Source of the DNA: Candidatus Latescibacterota bacterium
GTDB lineage: Bacteria; Latescibacterota; UBA2968; UBA8231
NCBI GenBank assembly: GCA_965215195.1
Contig: CBDCDC010000002.1
Span: forward strand, 1,664,001 to 1,728,000
Direction of reading: 5' to 3'
DNA: 64,000 nucleotides
Position numbers and translations under genes: made by a program. The stretch's first letter is position 1. The number at the start of each line of letters is the position of its first letter. The notes under the pieces were generated by a model. It had not been told where the DNA came from, searched no databases, and saw nothing but the letters and a program-made list of their open reading frames with translations. Shown one piece after another: positions 27,525 through 40,284 of this stretch.

Positions 27525-30398
27525 TTAAAACGCCACGCCCAACTGGGCAAAGACCAAGCGGCCAATCTCCGGGGCCCCAATAAAGGTCCGGTGCTTGTTG
27601 TCGAGCGCGTTGGAAACATCTACCCCGAGCCGCAAATTGCTTCCGACCGGCAGCAGATAACTGGCGTTCAAATCGAGTAGCGAGTACGCATCCACATCCC
27701 CGACGAATACCCCCGACTCTTGGCGGAACGCCCCCACGTAGCGCCACTGCGCCCCTAGGGTTAGCTGCGGTTGGTCGAAGGTGTAGGACGTGCCTAGCTT
27801 GTATTTGTTACCCGGCGCGTTGAGGGCCACGTCGGCGATGCCATCGACATTTTCAAACAAGGTCTCATCAACGTAAGAGTAGCTGCCCGTTAGCACCCAT
27901 TCGTCGCTCGGGAAATAGGCCAAGTTCACATCCAGCCCGTTGAGGGTAATCTCGCCGAAGTTGCGATAGGTCAACATCACGGCCGTCGGGTCGTAGGCTT
28001 GCTCGGGCGTAACCGTGCCAAACGGTATGCCCGCGGCTCCGCCGGCAAACAACGCGACAATTTCATCCGCCGGCGAGCCATTGCCATTGCCAGACAAGGT
28101 GCCCGGGACCTGCATGTTGTCGAGCGGAGCGATCGCCTCGGCCAACTCTGCATCTTCGGCCAGCGCCTCGCCAAGGCTAGCACCTAGCGCCGCCCCGAGG
28201 CTAGCCGGATCGAGGAATACATTGGGCGTCTGGACCTGAACTGGGGAGACGAAATCCTCGATCCGGGTGCGATACAGGTCGGCCGCCACCACCAACTTCG
28301 TGCCGATAACCCCCTTGTAGCCCAGTTCAAAGGTCTCGGTAGTTGTCGAGCGAGTCAGGGGCACGTCTAAAACATCGGCTACCGGATCAAAGGGGGCCGG
28401 ATCGCCGGCTGCCACCTTCTCGAGGTTGAGCATAGCCAAGGCATTGTCCAACCCGCTCAGTTGTTCGGGTACCAGCGCAGCTAACCCGCCCAATAGCTGC
28501 TCGGCGGCAGCCTCAGCCGCTGCTTGGTCCAGCTCTCGCAGGACCCCTATCTGGGTCGCCGCTAGTCCCCGAAAAAGCTCTGTATCGAGCCTGCTCAACA
28601 CGCCGCGACGCCCTAGACCCCACATCACATTGGTAAAAACCGGATCCCCCAAGTCGATATAGTCGGCCTTCTGCATCCCCCCCACTGGCGCAAAGGGCGA
28701 GCGGAACTGCGGCCGGCCATTGCCCGAGCGAGCAAAGGTCCAGCCATCGGCAAAACCCTCGCGATAGGTTCCCTGCGCCCGCACGTCAATGGCCGGCGCA
28801 AAGCCCAGCGATGGCGCAAAGGCCGCGCCAATGCCAAAGGGATCCGGGCTGGAGAGGAGGTCCAAATAGAGGTTGTTGCTCGATGGAGTTGCAAAGGCGT
28901 GGTTGTAGGTCAGCCGCAGGATCTGGGTCTCCTGCGGCTTAAAAACTAGCCCGGCGCGCGGCGAGATCTCGGCGTCGGCAATGCGGTTGTGGTCGTCGTA
29001 GCGCAAGGCCACCACCAAGTCGAGCATCTCGCTCAGGGCCGTCTCGCTCTGCACGTAGGCCCCAAATTCGTCGATCTGGTCGTAGTCCTCGTTCTCGCCG
29101 TTGATGGTCCCCTCAGTATCGGGCCGCGTCAGCAGCACATCGACGCCGTAGGTGAAGCGCTGCCTCACTCCCAGCGCCGAGGAGTGCTGAAGTTGGAACG
29201 CGGTCAGCTTGGAGTTATCGACGATCGGATTCCCATCGCGCAGGGTAAAGGTGTCGCCGGCGTTGCTCCCATTTTGAAAGACCTGAGCAAACCAATCCTT
29301 GTACAGCAGGCGAAACTGGACATATTTGTACGCCCAATCTTGAGCTTGGCCGGCCCCTAGGCCGGTCAATTCGATCTGGTCGCCCTTGTTGTATCCGTAC
29401 GCCAAAATGGCCGTCAAGTCATCCGATGCCCGGTAGTCAAAGCGCACTTCGGCGCTCTGGCGCTCAATGTCAAAATTGCGCGCTGGAATGTCTGGATTGG
29501 CGGTCCTAGACCGCACCTCCTCCGGGTCTTCGTATTCCCAATCCATCCCCGTATAGTACTGGGCCGAGACCTTGTAGCCGAGGCGCTCGCCAGCAGCCCC
29601 GGCGTGGCGCATACCGACCTTGTACACACTCCGCTCGCCCACGCCCAAGTTGACATTGGTCCCCGCCGAAGTGAACGGCGAGCGGGTGATGATGTGCATC
29701 ACGCCGTTGGCGCTATTGGGACCGTAGAGCGCCGACCCCGGCCCCAACACCACCTCAATGCGCTCGATATCGTCGTTGGTCACCGGAATGAAATTGTAGG
29801 CATTCAGCCGCAGCGAGGGAATGCGGGCAATGCGATTGTCGGTCAGCGTCAGCAGCGTACCAGAAAAGACATTGTTGAAGCCCCGCACGACCACATTGCT
29901 CTGGGCCAAGCCGGTCTGGGAAAAATCCACGGCCGGCAGGTCGCGGATGTGCTCGGCGACGCTGAGCGCCGGCCGGTTGCGGATCTCCTTGGCCTCAACC
30001 ACTGCCACCGAGGCCGGGGCTTCGAGGACTTTTTCCTGACGCCGCGAGGCCGAGACTACGTTTTGGTCGAGGAAGATGATTCCCGTTTCCAGCGTCAGCA
30101 TCAGCTCCTGCTCGCCAGCGACGATGCCAACCCCTTCTCGCGTTAGGGGCCGATAGCCGATATGCGTGATGCTGAGCTGATACTCGCCGGCCGGCAACCC
30201 CTGCAAGCGGAAGCGACCGTCTTCGTCGGTGGCCGTGCCGACCTTGCCGCCGGGCAGGCGGTCGCCGACGAGGGCGATGTTGGCCCCGGGAATGGCTTCG
30301 CCCTCCGACCCCATCACGACACCGAAAAGCGTTCCCTCTTGGCCGAAGGCGACGCCCGCCCACAGCACCAGAGCATATACCAGCAGCTTGTTTTTCAT
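27525..30398 (-). CDS. TonB-dependent receptor with N-terminal carboxypeptidase-regulatory-like domain
   Basis: TATDEDGRF, VVSASRR, IERIEVVLGPGSALYG, SNALD, C-terminal Phe. Confidence 0.93.
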   Translation of the reverse strand: MKNKLLVYALVLWAGVAFGQEGTLFGVVMGSEGEAIPGANIALVGDRLPGGKVGTATDEDGRFRLQGLPAGEYQLSITHIGYRPLTREGVGIVAGEQELMLTLETGIIFLDQNVVSASRRQEKVLEAPASVAVVEAKEIRNRPALSVAEHIRDLPAVDFSQTGLAQSNVVVRGFNNVFSGTLLTLTDNRIARIPSLRLNAYNFIPVTNDDIERIEVVLGPGSALYGPNSANGVMHIITRSPFTSAGTNVNLGVGERSVYKVGMRHAGAAGERLGYKVSAQYYTGMDWEYEDPEEVRSRTANPDIPARNFDIERQSAEVRFDYRASDDLTAILAYGYNKGDQIELTGLGAGQAQDWAYKYVQFRLLYKDWFAQVFQNGSNAGDTFTLRDGNPIVDNSKLTAFQLQHSSALGVRQRFTYGVDVLLTRPDTEGTINGENEDYDQIDEFGAYVQSETALSEMLDLVVALRYDDHNRIADAEISPRAGLVFKPQETQILRLTYNHAFATPSSNNLYLDLLSSPDPFGIGAAFAPSLGFAPAIDVRAQGTYREGFADGWTFARSGNGRPQFRSPFAPVGGMQKADYIDLGDPVFTNVMWGLGRRGVLSRLDTELFRGLAATQIGVLRELDQAAAEAAAEQLLGGLAALVPEQLSGLDNALAMLNLEKVAAGDPAPFDPVADVLDVPLTRSTTTETFELGYKGVIGTKLVVAADLYRTRIEDFVSPVQVQTPNVFLDPASLGAALGASLGEALAEDAELAEAIAPLDNMQVPGTLSGNGNGSPADEIVALFAGGAAGIPFGTVTPEQAYDPTAVMLTYRNFGEITLNGLDVNLAYFPSDEWVLTGSYSYVDETLFENVDGIADVALNAPGNKYKLGTSYTFDQPQLTLGAQWRYVGAFRQESGVFVGDVDAYSLLDLNASYLLPVGSNLRLGVDVSNALDNKHRTFIGAPEIGRLVFAQLGVAF

Positions 30399-30609
30399 GC
30401 GATTAGCTCCTCCCTTTTTGTCCTATAAAGTATCCCTGAATACCCGATCTCGCTACCCCAATGAGTATTCGGGCCTTGCGTTGACGCGAACTCCGGCGAC
30501 AAAGCTCTGCGCGTTCCCCGCCCAAGGGGAATCTCTTCTATTGATTCCCCGCGTTTCCATTGCGTATTTTCTCAGCCTAAATTCACCTATGCCATCGGAG
30601 AATCATTCC

Positions 30610-31629
30610 ATGCCGGACAAACTCAAACTCGCCTTTATTGGCTGCGGTGCCATCGCTCGCTTTCACCTCGACGGCATCAAGGGCCACGCGCCCCGCATTG
30701 ACGTCACCGCGTTAGTCGATCTCGACGAGTCAAAAGCCCAAGCCTACGCCGCTGAAACCGGCGGGCAGGCCTTCACCTCGCTCGACGAAGCGCTCGAAAA
30801 GGGCGACTTCGACGCCGTTGACATCATGCTGCCCCACGACTTGCACGAACCTATCGCCCTCCAGTGCTTGGCTGCCGACAAACACGTGCTCTTGGAAAAG
30901 CCCATGGCCCCCACCCTCGACGCCTGCGACCGCATTCTCGCGGCCGCACACGAGGCTTCAGGCGTTTTCATGGTTGCCGAAAACAGCCAGTACTGGCCCG
31001 AAATCGTCGAGGCCCAAAAGTACCTTGCAGCCGGGGCCATCGGCGAGATCATCACCGCCCGTGCGGCCTTTGTCTATCCGTTTGACTCCTACTGGTTCAA
31101 AGAGGAGCGGCCCTGGCGTTACGAAAAGGGGCGCACCGGCGGTGGCATTGCCATCGACGGCGGCTCGCACTGGATCCGGCCCTTGCGCATCTGGATGGGC
31201 GAAATCAAAGAGGTGGTCGGCGTGCTGGGGCACCCGCTCGCGCAAATGGAGGGCGAGTCCCTCGCCCGTGCGCTCTTCCGCTTTGACTCGGGCAAGACCG
31301 CCGTCTTCGACGCCATGATGATCGACACGGTCTTTGCCCCAGACCCTTGGTGGCGGATCACTGGCACCAAGGGCGAGCTGACCATCAACGCCGGTCTCGA
31401 CGGGGCCGAACTCTATCTGTGGGACGCAGACCATCCCGAGGGCCAGCGGCTCTTTGCGAGCTTGGGGTACACCGAGTCCTTTGGGCCGGAGCTAGCCGAT
31501 TTTGCCGCCGCCGTCCTCGACGGCAAGGCTCCGGACGCGCCGCCGGAACACGCCCTCGGCGAGCTGCGCACGGCCTTGGCCCTCTATCGCTCGGCCACCA
31601 GCCAGCGGTGGGAGCAGGTGTGGGCGTGA
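30610..31629 (+). CDS. Gfo/Idh/MocA family oxidoreductase
   Basis: FIGCGAIA, HVLLEKPMA, GGGIAIDGGSHWI; probable start MPDKLKL. Confidence 0.88.
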   Translation: MPDKLKLAFIGCGAIARFHLDGIKGHAPRIDVTALVDLDESKAQAYAAETGGQAFTSLDEALEKGDFDAVDIMLPHDLHEPIALQCLAADKHVLLEKPMAPTLDACDRILAAAHEASGVFMVAENSQYWPEIVEAQKYLAAGAIGEIITARAAFVYPFDSYWFKEERPWRYEKGRTGGGIAIDGGSHWIRPLRIWMGEIKEVVGVLGHPLAQMEGESLARALFRFDSGKTAVFDAMMIDTVFAPDPWWRITGTKGELTINAGLDGAELYLWDADHPEGQRLFASLGYTESFGPELADFAAAVLDGKAPDAPPEHALGELRTALALYRSATSQRWEQVWA

Positions 31630-31820
31630 TGCTTGCACGAACCCTTCCTTTGGGATATATTCAGCCCTGCGAGGCAGTTCCTCGAAGCACCGAGCATGTT
31701 CGGCCTTTGGACTCTTCCCAACGCCCAAATTCGCCCCCTTTTTCAATCTCAGCGGCAAAGCCTGTCAAGGCCGAGATGCCCTCCCGATCCAAAACGCATT
31801 ACTAATAGAATAGGAAAGCA

Positions 31821-34457
<2,637 letters not shown>

Positions 34458-34466
34458 GTTTCTGCC

Positions 34467-35234
34467 GTGAGTCGGGTCATCGCCATATCCAACCAAAAAG
34501 GCGGGGTTGGCAAGACTACCACAGCCGTCAACTTGGCGGCCTGTCTCGCCGTGGCCGAGCAAAAGACCCTGCTCATCGACATGGATCCGCAGGCCAACGC
34601 CACTTCTGGCTGCGGCTTTCAGAATAGCGAGGAAGTCGAAACGGCCAATATCTACCACGCGCTGATCGGGCAAAAAGAAACCGCTGAGGTCGCCTATGAG
34701 ACCAAGATATCCTTCCTGTCCTTGGTTCCCTCGCACATCAACCTGACGGGTGCAGAGGTCGAGATGGTCAACATGATCGCCCGCGAGCAGAAGTTGGACG
34801 GCCTGCTCGAACAAGTCCGCGACCAATACGCCTTTATCATTCTCGACTGTCCGCCTTCTTTGGGGCTGTTGACCCTCAACGCCCTGACCGCGGCCGACTC
34901 CGTGATGATACCCATTCAGTGCGAGTACTACGCGTTAGAGGGCCTCGGTCGGCTGCTCAACACCGTGCGCCAGATCCAACGCCACCTCAACCCCAAGCTC
35001 CAGATCGCCGGCGTCCTGCTCACCATGTTCGACGGGCGCTTGAACCTATCGCGCCAAGTATCTTCAGAGGTCAAGTCCTACTTCGGCAACAAGGTTTACA
35101 AGACCACCATCAGTCGCAACGTGCGCCTAGCCGAGGCCCCTAGCCACGGCCAACCCATCGTGCTCTACGACATCTTGTCGCAGGGCTCTCAGGATTACAT
35201 GAGCCTCGCAGGAGAAGTGATCGACCATGGGTAA
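34467..35234 (+). CDS. parA: ParA/Soj chromosome partitioning ATPase
   Basis: [40 protein letters not shown]. Confidence 0.96.
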   Translation: MSRVIAISNQKGGVGKTTTAVNLAACLAVAEQKTLLIDMDPQANATSGCGFQNSEEVETANIYHALIGQKETAEVAYETKISFLSLVPSHINLTGAEVEMVNMIAREQKLDGLLEQVRDQYAFIILDCPPSLGLLTLNALTAADSVMIPIQCEYYALEGLGRLLNTVRQIQRHLNPKLQIAGVLLTMFDGRLNLSRQVSSEVKSYFGNKVYKTTISRNVRLAEAPSHGQPIVLYDILSQGSQDYMSLAGEVIDHG

Positions 35235-36099
35235 GAAGCCGGTCCTCGGCAAGGGCATCGGTGCCCTCATCCCGGAATACGCCGAACCTAGCGGCCAAGG
35301 CGACGCCACGCGCCAAGTCGTCTATCTCAACGTCGATGAGATCGAACCCAACCCCTATCAAGCCCGCACCGAGTTCGGCGAGGAGAGCATCGCCGAACTG
35401 ATGCACTCGATCCAAGAGAAAGGCGTCATCCAGCCTATCGTCGTCAATCGCATCGGCCAGGGCTACCAGATCATCGCCGGCGAGCGCCGCTGGCGAGCCA
35501 CCAAGAAGGCGGGGATCCAAGAAATACCAGCAATCGTCCACGAAATCGAATCCCAGCAAGACTTGATGGAGCTGTCCCTGATCGAGAACATCCAGCGCGA
35601 AAACCTGACCCCAATCGAAGAGGCCGAAGGCTACCGCTCGCTGACCGACAAGTGCTTTCTCACGCAGGAAGAAGTCGCCCGCAAGGTGGGGAAAAACCGC
35701 TCAACCGTGACCAATCTCCTCAGGCTGTTGCAATTGCCGCACGAAGTCCAAGACTTCTTGCGCCGCGGCCAATTGCAAATGGGGCACGCCCGCGCCCTGC
35801 TCGGCCTCGAAGAAGACAAAGACCGGCTCGCGCTGGCCCGCCGAGCGGTCGAAGAAAAAATGGCCGTCCGCGAAGTCGAAAAGGCGGTCGCCAACCAGCG
35901 CGTGGACCGCCATAAAAAGAAGGCACCCAAAGAAGCCCCCAGCGACCCCCACATCCGCGACTACGAGGAGCGGTTGCAGCACCGCTTCGGCACGGCGGTC
36001 AACATCCGTCGCACGGCGAACAAGGGGTCAATCCAGCTCGAATTCTACAACGATGGCGATCTAGAGCGGATACTCGACCTGCTGATCGAAGGCGAATGA
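35227..36099 (+). CDS. parB: ParB/Spo0J chromosome partitioning protein
   Basis: [45 protein letters not shown]. Confidence 0.96.
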   Translation: MGKKPVLGKGIGALIPEYAEPSGQGDATRQVVYLNVDEIEPNPYQARTEFGEESIAELMHSIQEKGVIQPIVVNRIGQGYQIIAGERRWRATKKAGIQEIPAIVHEIESQQDLMELSLIENIQRENLTPIEEAEGYRSLTDKCFLTQEEVARKVGKNRSTVTNLLRLLQLPHEVQDFLRRGQLQMGHARALLGLEEDKDRLALARRAVEEKMAVREVEKAVANQRVDRHKKKAPKEAPSDPHIRDYEERLQHRFGTAVNIRRTANKGSIQLEFYNDGDLERILDLLIEGE

Positions 36100-37472
36100 A
36101 CCACGGTTGGCCCCGCTTGGCCCCGCTCCTCGCCCTCGGTGCCTGCAGCTTGCTCCACGACGAACTCCCCAACGATCCCCCGACCGTGCATTTGGCGCGG
36201 ATGATCTGTCAGTCGCCGGACACGGCTTCCCTAGATACCCTGATCAACAGCGCGGATGCGGCCTGTCGGATCCAGCGCGGCGGCGAGGTTCGCTTTGAAA
36301 TCCGCGCGGCCGACGAGGACGACGACCCTTTGTTCTACGAGTGGAGAGCACCAGCCGGAGGCAGCCTCCGCGATTTGCAGGCCCAAGAGACCAATGCTTG
36401 GTTTGCCCCCCAAGCCATCGCCGGCCCCAGCGAGCAATTTGTCGTGCAGGTCCTCGTAACCGACCGCAACTGCAGGGCCGTACCCGATCTAGCCGACCGC
36501 CAGCGCTGCGCCGAAGACGCACGGGTGCTGGTCGAAAACTTTCTCGTGGAGGTCGTGCAGCGCGAACCCGCGCTAAAAGTAATAACCGACGCGACCAGCG
36601 CATTTAGCGCACCGCAGCTATTTATCGACGCGCTTGGCACCGATCCAGACGGCGATCGGCTCGAATACCACTGGGAGCCGGTGGCCGGGGACAGCCTCAG
36701 CATTTGGCCAGAGGCCATCCACGACGAGGAAACCGGTCGGCAAATCGGCTCGCGCGTCGTCGTCGTCGCCTTTTTTCCCGGCCGGTACGAACTGCGCGTT
36801 TCCGCAAGCGACGGCCAAGCGAGCACCGAGCGCGAAATTGCCCTCCGCGTTCCAATCGAACCGCCGCTGCCGACTGGCGGCATGGTGCGCCGGACCCTGC
36901 CAACGACCGGCGACGCGTACGAGATCGACGCGTACGAGTATCCCAACGCCAAGGGCGAGCGGCCCCAGTCCGCTTCGTTTTTCCAAGCGGCGCGTCTGTG
37001 CGCGGCCGAGGGCAAGCGCCTGTGCAAACCGAGCGAGTGGCGTGCGGCCTGTCAAGCTGGCCAGATGCGCCGCTTTTCTTCAACCGACGATTTGGCGGCC
37101 TACGACAGCCGCGACCACTTTGGCGTGCGCTTCTGCAACGTGCCGGGTTCGGTTTTTTCCCAATTCAGCCGCGACCCAGCCGCACAACTCGCGCCCTCCG
37201 GCTCGTTTCCCAACTGCGACGCGAGCGGCGTCTTTGACTTGACGGGCAACCTAGACGAGTGGCTCGCCGCTCCCGACGCCGGCGACTTAGCGGTGTACGT
37301 CGCAGCAAGCAGCGCATCTGCGAGCGGCACCTGCGACGGCGCGACCCTTGTAAACACCCTGTCCAGCCGGGGCCAAGACCCGTACAATATAGAGGTCTTA
37401 GCGGAAATCATCGCCGACTCGCCCTTGCAAAGCTACGAGCAGCCCCTCCTTGGCTTCCGCTGCTGCCGTTGA
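36096..37472 (+). CDS. Lipoprotein with Ig-like repeats and C-terminal FGE/SUMF1-like domain
   Basis: Lipobox LALGAC; DPDGDRLEYHW; GKRLC..EW..AC, GVFDLTGNLDEW, GFRCC. Confidence 0.75.
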   Translation: MNHGWPRLAPLLALGACSLLHDELPNDPPTVHLARMICQSPDTASLDTLINSADAACRIQRGGEVRFEIRAADEDDDPLFYEWRAPAGGSLRDLQAQETNAWFAPQAIAGPSEQFVVQVLVTDRNCRAVPDLADRQRCAEDARVLVENFLVEVVQREPALKVITDATSAFSAPQLFIDALGTDPDGDRLEYHWEPVAGDSLSIWPEAIHDEETGRQIGSRVVVVAFFPGRYELRVSASDGQASTEREIALRVPIEPPLPTGGMVRRTLPTTGDAYEIDAYEYPNAKGERPQSASFFQAARLCAAEGKRLCKPSEWRAACQAGQMRRFSSTDDLAAYDSRDHFGVRFCNVPGSVFSQFSRDPAAQLAPSGSFPNCDASGVFDLTGNLDEWLAAPDAGDLAVYVAASSASASGTCDGATLVNTLSSRGQDPYNIEVLAEIIADSPLQSYEQPLLGFRCCR

Positions 37473-37477
37473 TAGCT

Positions 37478-38227
37478 ATGGACCAAGAACAACTCCGCCA
37501 CTTGCTAGAACAAGTCGCCACTGGTGACCTAGCGCCGAGCCAAGCCGTAGAGCGGCTTAGGAACCTGCCCTTTGAAAACCTCGGGTTCGCCCACGTCGAT
37601 CACCACCGCGCCCTGCGCACTGGGTTCCCAGAAGTCATTTTCGGCCAAGGCAAAACCTGCGAGCAGGTGCTGGCCATTGCCGAGCGCATAACCGCCCATG
37701 GCGCACAGGTGCTGGTCACCCGCGTCGAAGCGGCCACGGCCCAAGCACTCGTCGAGCGCTTTGACCGCGCCGAGCACGACCCCCTCGCCCGCACGGTCCT
37801 AGTACCAGGGCTCAAACGACCCGCGCCCGAGGGGCTAGTGGCCGTAGTCGCAGCCGGCACCTCGGACTTGCCCGTGGCCCGCGAAGCTGTCGTCACGGCC
37901 CGCGCCATGGGTGCCCAAGTCGAGGAGATTTGCGATGTCGGCGTGGCCGGCCTGCACCGGCTTTTAGCGTACCGCACGCTCTTGCAGCAGGCGCGGGCCA
38001 TCGTCGTGGTCGCCGGCATGGAGGGCGCACTCGCCAGCGTCGTCGGCGGGCTGGTGGACGTTCCGGTCGTGGCCGTGCCGACTAGCGTGGGGTACGGCGC
38101 GAGTTTTCACGGCCTCGCCGCGCTCTTGGCCATGCTCAACTCCTGTGCGGCCGGCGTGGTGGTCGTCAATATCGACAACGGCTTTGGTGCCGGGTACGCG
38201 GCCGCCCAGATCAACCGCCGCTCATGA
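37478..38227 (+). CDS. larB: Nickel-pincer cofactor biosynthesis protein LarB
   Basis: [58 protein letters not shown]. Confidence 0.92.
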   Translation: MDQEQLRHLLEQVATGDLAPSQAVERLRNLPFENLGFAHVDHHRALRTGFPEVIFGQGKTCEQVLAIAERITAHGAQVLVTRVEAATAQALVERFDRAEHDPLARTVLVPGLKRPAPEGLVAVVAAGTSDLPVAREAVVTARAMGAQVEEICDVGVAGLHRLLAYRTLLQQARAIVVVAGMEGALASVVGGLVDVPVVAVPTSVGYGASFHGLAALLAMLNSCAAGVVVVNIDNGFGAGYAAAQINRRS

Positions 38228-38832
38228 TCCACATCGCGGTGCTGGCCGGCGGCCAGAGCCGGCGCATGGGCCGCGACAAGGCCCTCCTGCCGCTAGGCGG
38301 CCAGACCCTGATTGAGCGCGTCCTCGCTGCGGCGCGCCCCCTCGCCTACCCCCGCCTCATCGTCGGTGCCCCCGCCACCTATGCCCACCTCGGGCTGCCC
38401 GTCCTTCCCGATCGCCGCCCCAAGCTCGGGCCGCTGGGCGGTCTGTACACCGCGCTTGACGCAACCGCCGCGCCCGTGCTCCTCCTCGCCTGCGACTTGC
38501 CCTTTCTCACCCCGGGCTTCCTCCGCCACCTCACCGACCAGCGCGGGCCGCAGCAAGCGGTCGTGCCCCACACGGCCGCAGGACTCCAACCGCTCTGCGC
38601 GCTCTACGAGCCGTCCTGCTTGGCGGCCGTAGAAGCGGCCATACAGGCCAATCAGCTCGGCATGCGCCGCCTGCTACACAATCTGAGTTTGGATTTGGTA
38701 CGAGAAAAGGACTGGCGGCCCTACGACGAGCGCGGCCTGCTTTTTGCCAACCTCAACGCGCCCGCAGAGTACGAGCGGGCGCAAGCCGCACTCCTAAAAC
38801 CCGGCATCCACCACGCTCAAGGCCAACAATAG
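38224..38832 (+). CDS. mobA: Molybdenum cofactor guanylyltransferase
   Basis: LAGGQSRRMGRDKA, GPLGGL, ACDLPF, QPLCALY, NLN. Confidence 0.88.
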   Translation: MIHIAVLAGGQSRRMGRDKALLPLGGQTLIERVLAAARPLAYPRLIVGAPATYAHLGLPVLPDRRPKLGPLGGLYTALDATAAPVLLLACDLPFLTPGFLRHLTDQRGPQQAVVPHTAAGLQPLCALYEPSCLAAVEAAIQANQLGMRRLLHNLSLDLVREKDWRPYDERGLLFANLNAPAEYERAQAALLKPGIHHAQGQQ

Positions 38833-39660
38833 CGGCAGGTACAGAACCGAAGCCTTGAGCAGCCGCCGCGCACTGGCCACCGAGCGCGACAAGCTAAGCG
38901 CGAGACCAGAGGCGAGAAACAGTGCGCCCAACACCAGCGCCCCGACCAGATAAAACGGCCCGGTGAAGCCCATAAACGAAGGCAGCACTGAAAAGATCAG
39001 CAGCACCAAGTAGCCCACGACCTGCCAGCAGGTGCTGTTCCCATCCGGCTCGACCACGGGCAACATCTTGAAACCGCCGCGCCGATAGTCGTCGCGGAAG
39101 ATCCAAGCAATGGCGTAGAAGTGCGGGTGCTGCCAAGCAAAGAGAATGAGAAAGAGGACCACGGCCCCCGGATCCAGCGCGCCGGTCGCCGCCGTCCAGC
39201 CCCCTACGGGCGGCAGGGCCCCCGGCACGGCCCCCAGCGAAGTGTTGAGCCAATTTTGCCGCTTCATTGGGGTGTACACCACCACGTAGAGAAACGCCGT
39301 GAGCAGTGCCAGAAACGCCGTGAGCAGCCCAGCGGTAAAAAGCAGGAAAAACACGCCGCCCAACACCAGCGCAAACCCCATCGACAGCGCCATGCCCGGC
39401 TTGACGCGCCCGGCCGGCAAGGGCCGATTGCGCGTGCGCTTCATCAACCCATCGACGTCGCGCTCCAGATAGTGGTTGAGCACTGACGAACCGCAGGTGG
39501 TCAGGCCCGTGCCGACCAGCAAGCAGCAGAAAAGCAGGGGCGCGTGAATGCCTTGGCCGCCCCAGAAGAATCCCAAGGCGGCCGTGACCAGCACCAAAAA
39601 GGCAATTCGCGGTTTAGTCAGTTCCCAGTAGTCGCGCCAAGTAGCAGTCATGTTGGGCAT
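38794..39660 (-). CDS. cyoE: Heme o synthase (protoheme IX farnesyltransferase)
   Basis: ELTKPRI, MKRTRNRPLPAG, YTPMKR, WQHPHF. Confidence 0.92.
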   Translation of the reverse strand: MPNMTATWRDYWELTKPRIAFLVLVTAALGFFWGGQGIHAPLLFCCLLVGTGLTTCGSSVLNHYLERDVDGLMKRTRNRPLPAGRVKPGMALSMGFALVLGGVFFLLFTAGLLTAFLALLTAFLYVVVYTPMKRQNWLNTSLGAVPGALPPVGGWTAATGALDPGAVVLFLILFAWQHPHFYAIAWIFRDDYRRGGFKMLPVVEPDGNSTCWQVVGYLVLLIFSVLPSFMGFTGPFYLVGALVLGALFLASGLALSLSRSVASARRLLKASVLYLPLLLALSVVDAGF

Positions 39661-39675
39661 TTCATAACTAAAATA

Positions 39676-39973
39676 ACGTGAGTTCGGGTTAAGCGGCCTG
39701 CAATCGGCGTGCTTGCTCGCTTCTTAGGGGCGGTTTTTTTGGCTGGTGACAATAGGCAATCAATCCCCCGAGGAGATGGACCCTAAAGTTGACCGGGCGG
39801 CGATGTCGGGTGTGTTCGATCGGCGCGCTGTTTTTGCGTTGATCGATGATGGTTTCGCTAAGCGCCCGTTTGCGCAGCAGGCGTTTATCCGCCTTCGGCA
39901 GGCGTTGATGCTTGGTGGATGCCGACGGCGGTTTAGCCAAAAAGGAGTCCCGCTGCTTAACCCGAACTCACGT
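39676..39973. mobile_element. IS982-derived miniature element (MITE) with 19-bp perfect terminal inverted repeats
   Basis: ACGTGAGTTCGGGTTAAGC at 39676-39694 and its reverse complement at 39955-39973; internal transposase remnant. Confidence 0.85.
39689..39940 (-). pseudogene. IS982-family transposase C-terminal fragment
   Basis: DKRLLRKRALSETIIDQRKN..IEHTRHR.PVNF...GLIAYCHQPKKP resembles IS982 transposase C-termini. Confidence 0.8.
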
Positions 39974-40276
39974 CCCTTTTAGCTGCTCCTTCCCTTTCTC
40001 AAAGATCTCGTCGGCCTTTTCCACCAACGCCTCGCCCCACCCCACGACCTCGCTCCCCACCGCTTCGACCCGTTTCCACCAGTCTGAATCGTCGCGCTGG
40101 GTAAAGTACAAGCCGACCAGCAAGACAATCGCGCACACGACCGCGACCTTGATAAACTTGCGCAGCAGGCCGCCCAGCAATACCACCGCCACCACCAGCA
40201 ATAAGGTGGCGATAACCGGGTGCGCCTCCGCATAGGCGACGATCGCTTCTAGGGAAAAATCGTCCAGCATAACCAC
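39968..40276 (-). CDS. Small membrane protein
   Basis: Two hydrophobic helices; stop codon lies inside the MITE terminal repeat. Confidence 0.6.
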   Translation of the reverse strand: MVMLDDFSLEAIVAYAEAHPVIATLLLVVAVVLLGGLLRKFIKVAVVCAIVLLVGLYFTQRDDSDWWKRVEAVGSEVVGWGEALVEKADEIFEKGKEQLKGT

Positions 40277-40284
40277 CTCCTAGA

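Noticed and set aside
30229-30609. N-terminal extension of the Gfo/Idh/MocA ORF
   Set aside because: Overlaps the divergent TonB-dependent receptor gene; the Rossmann motif starts just after Met at 30610.
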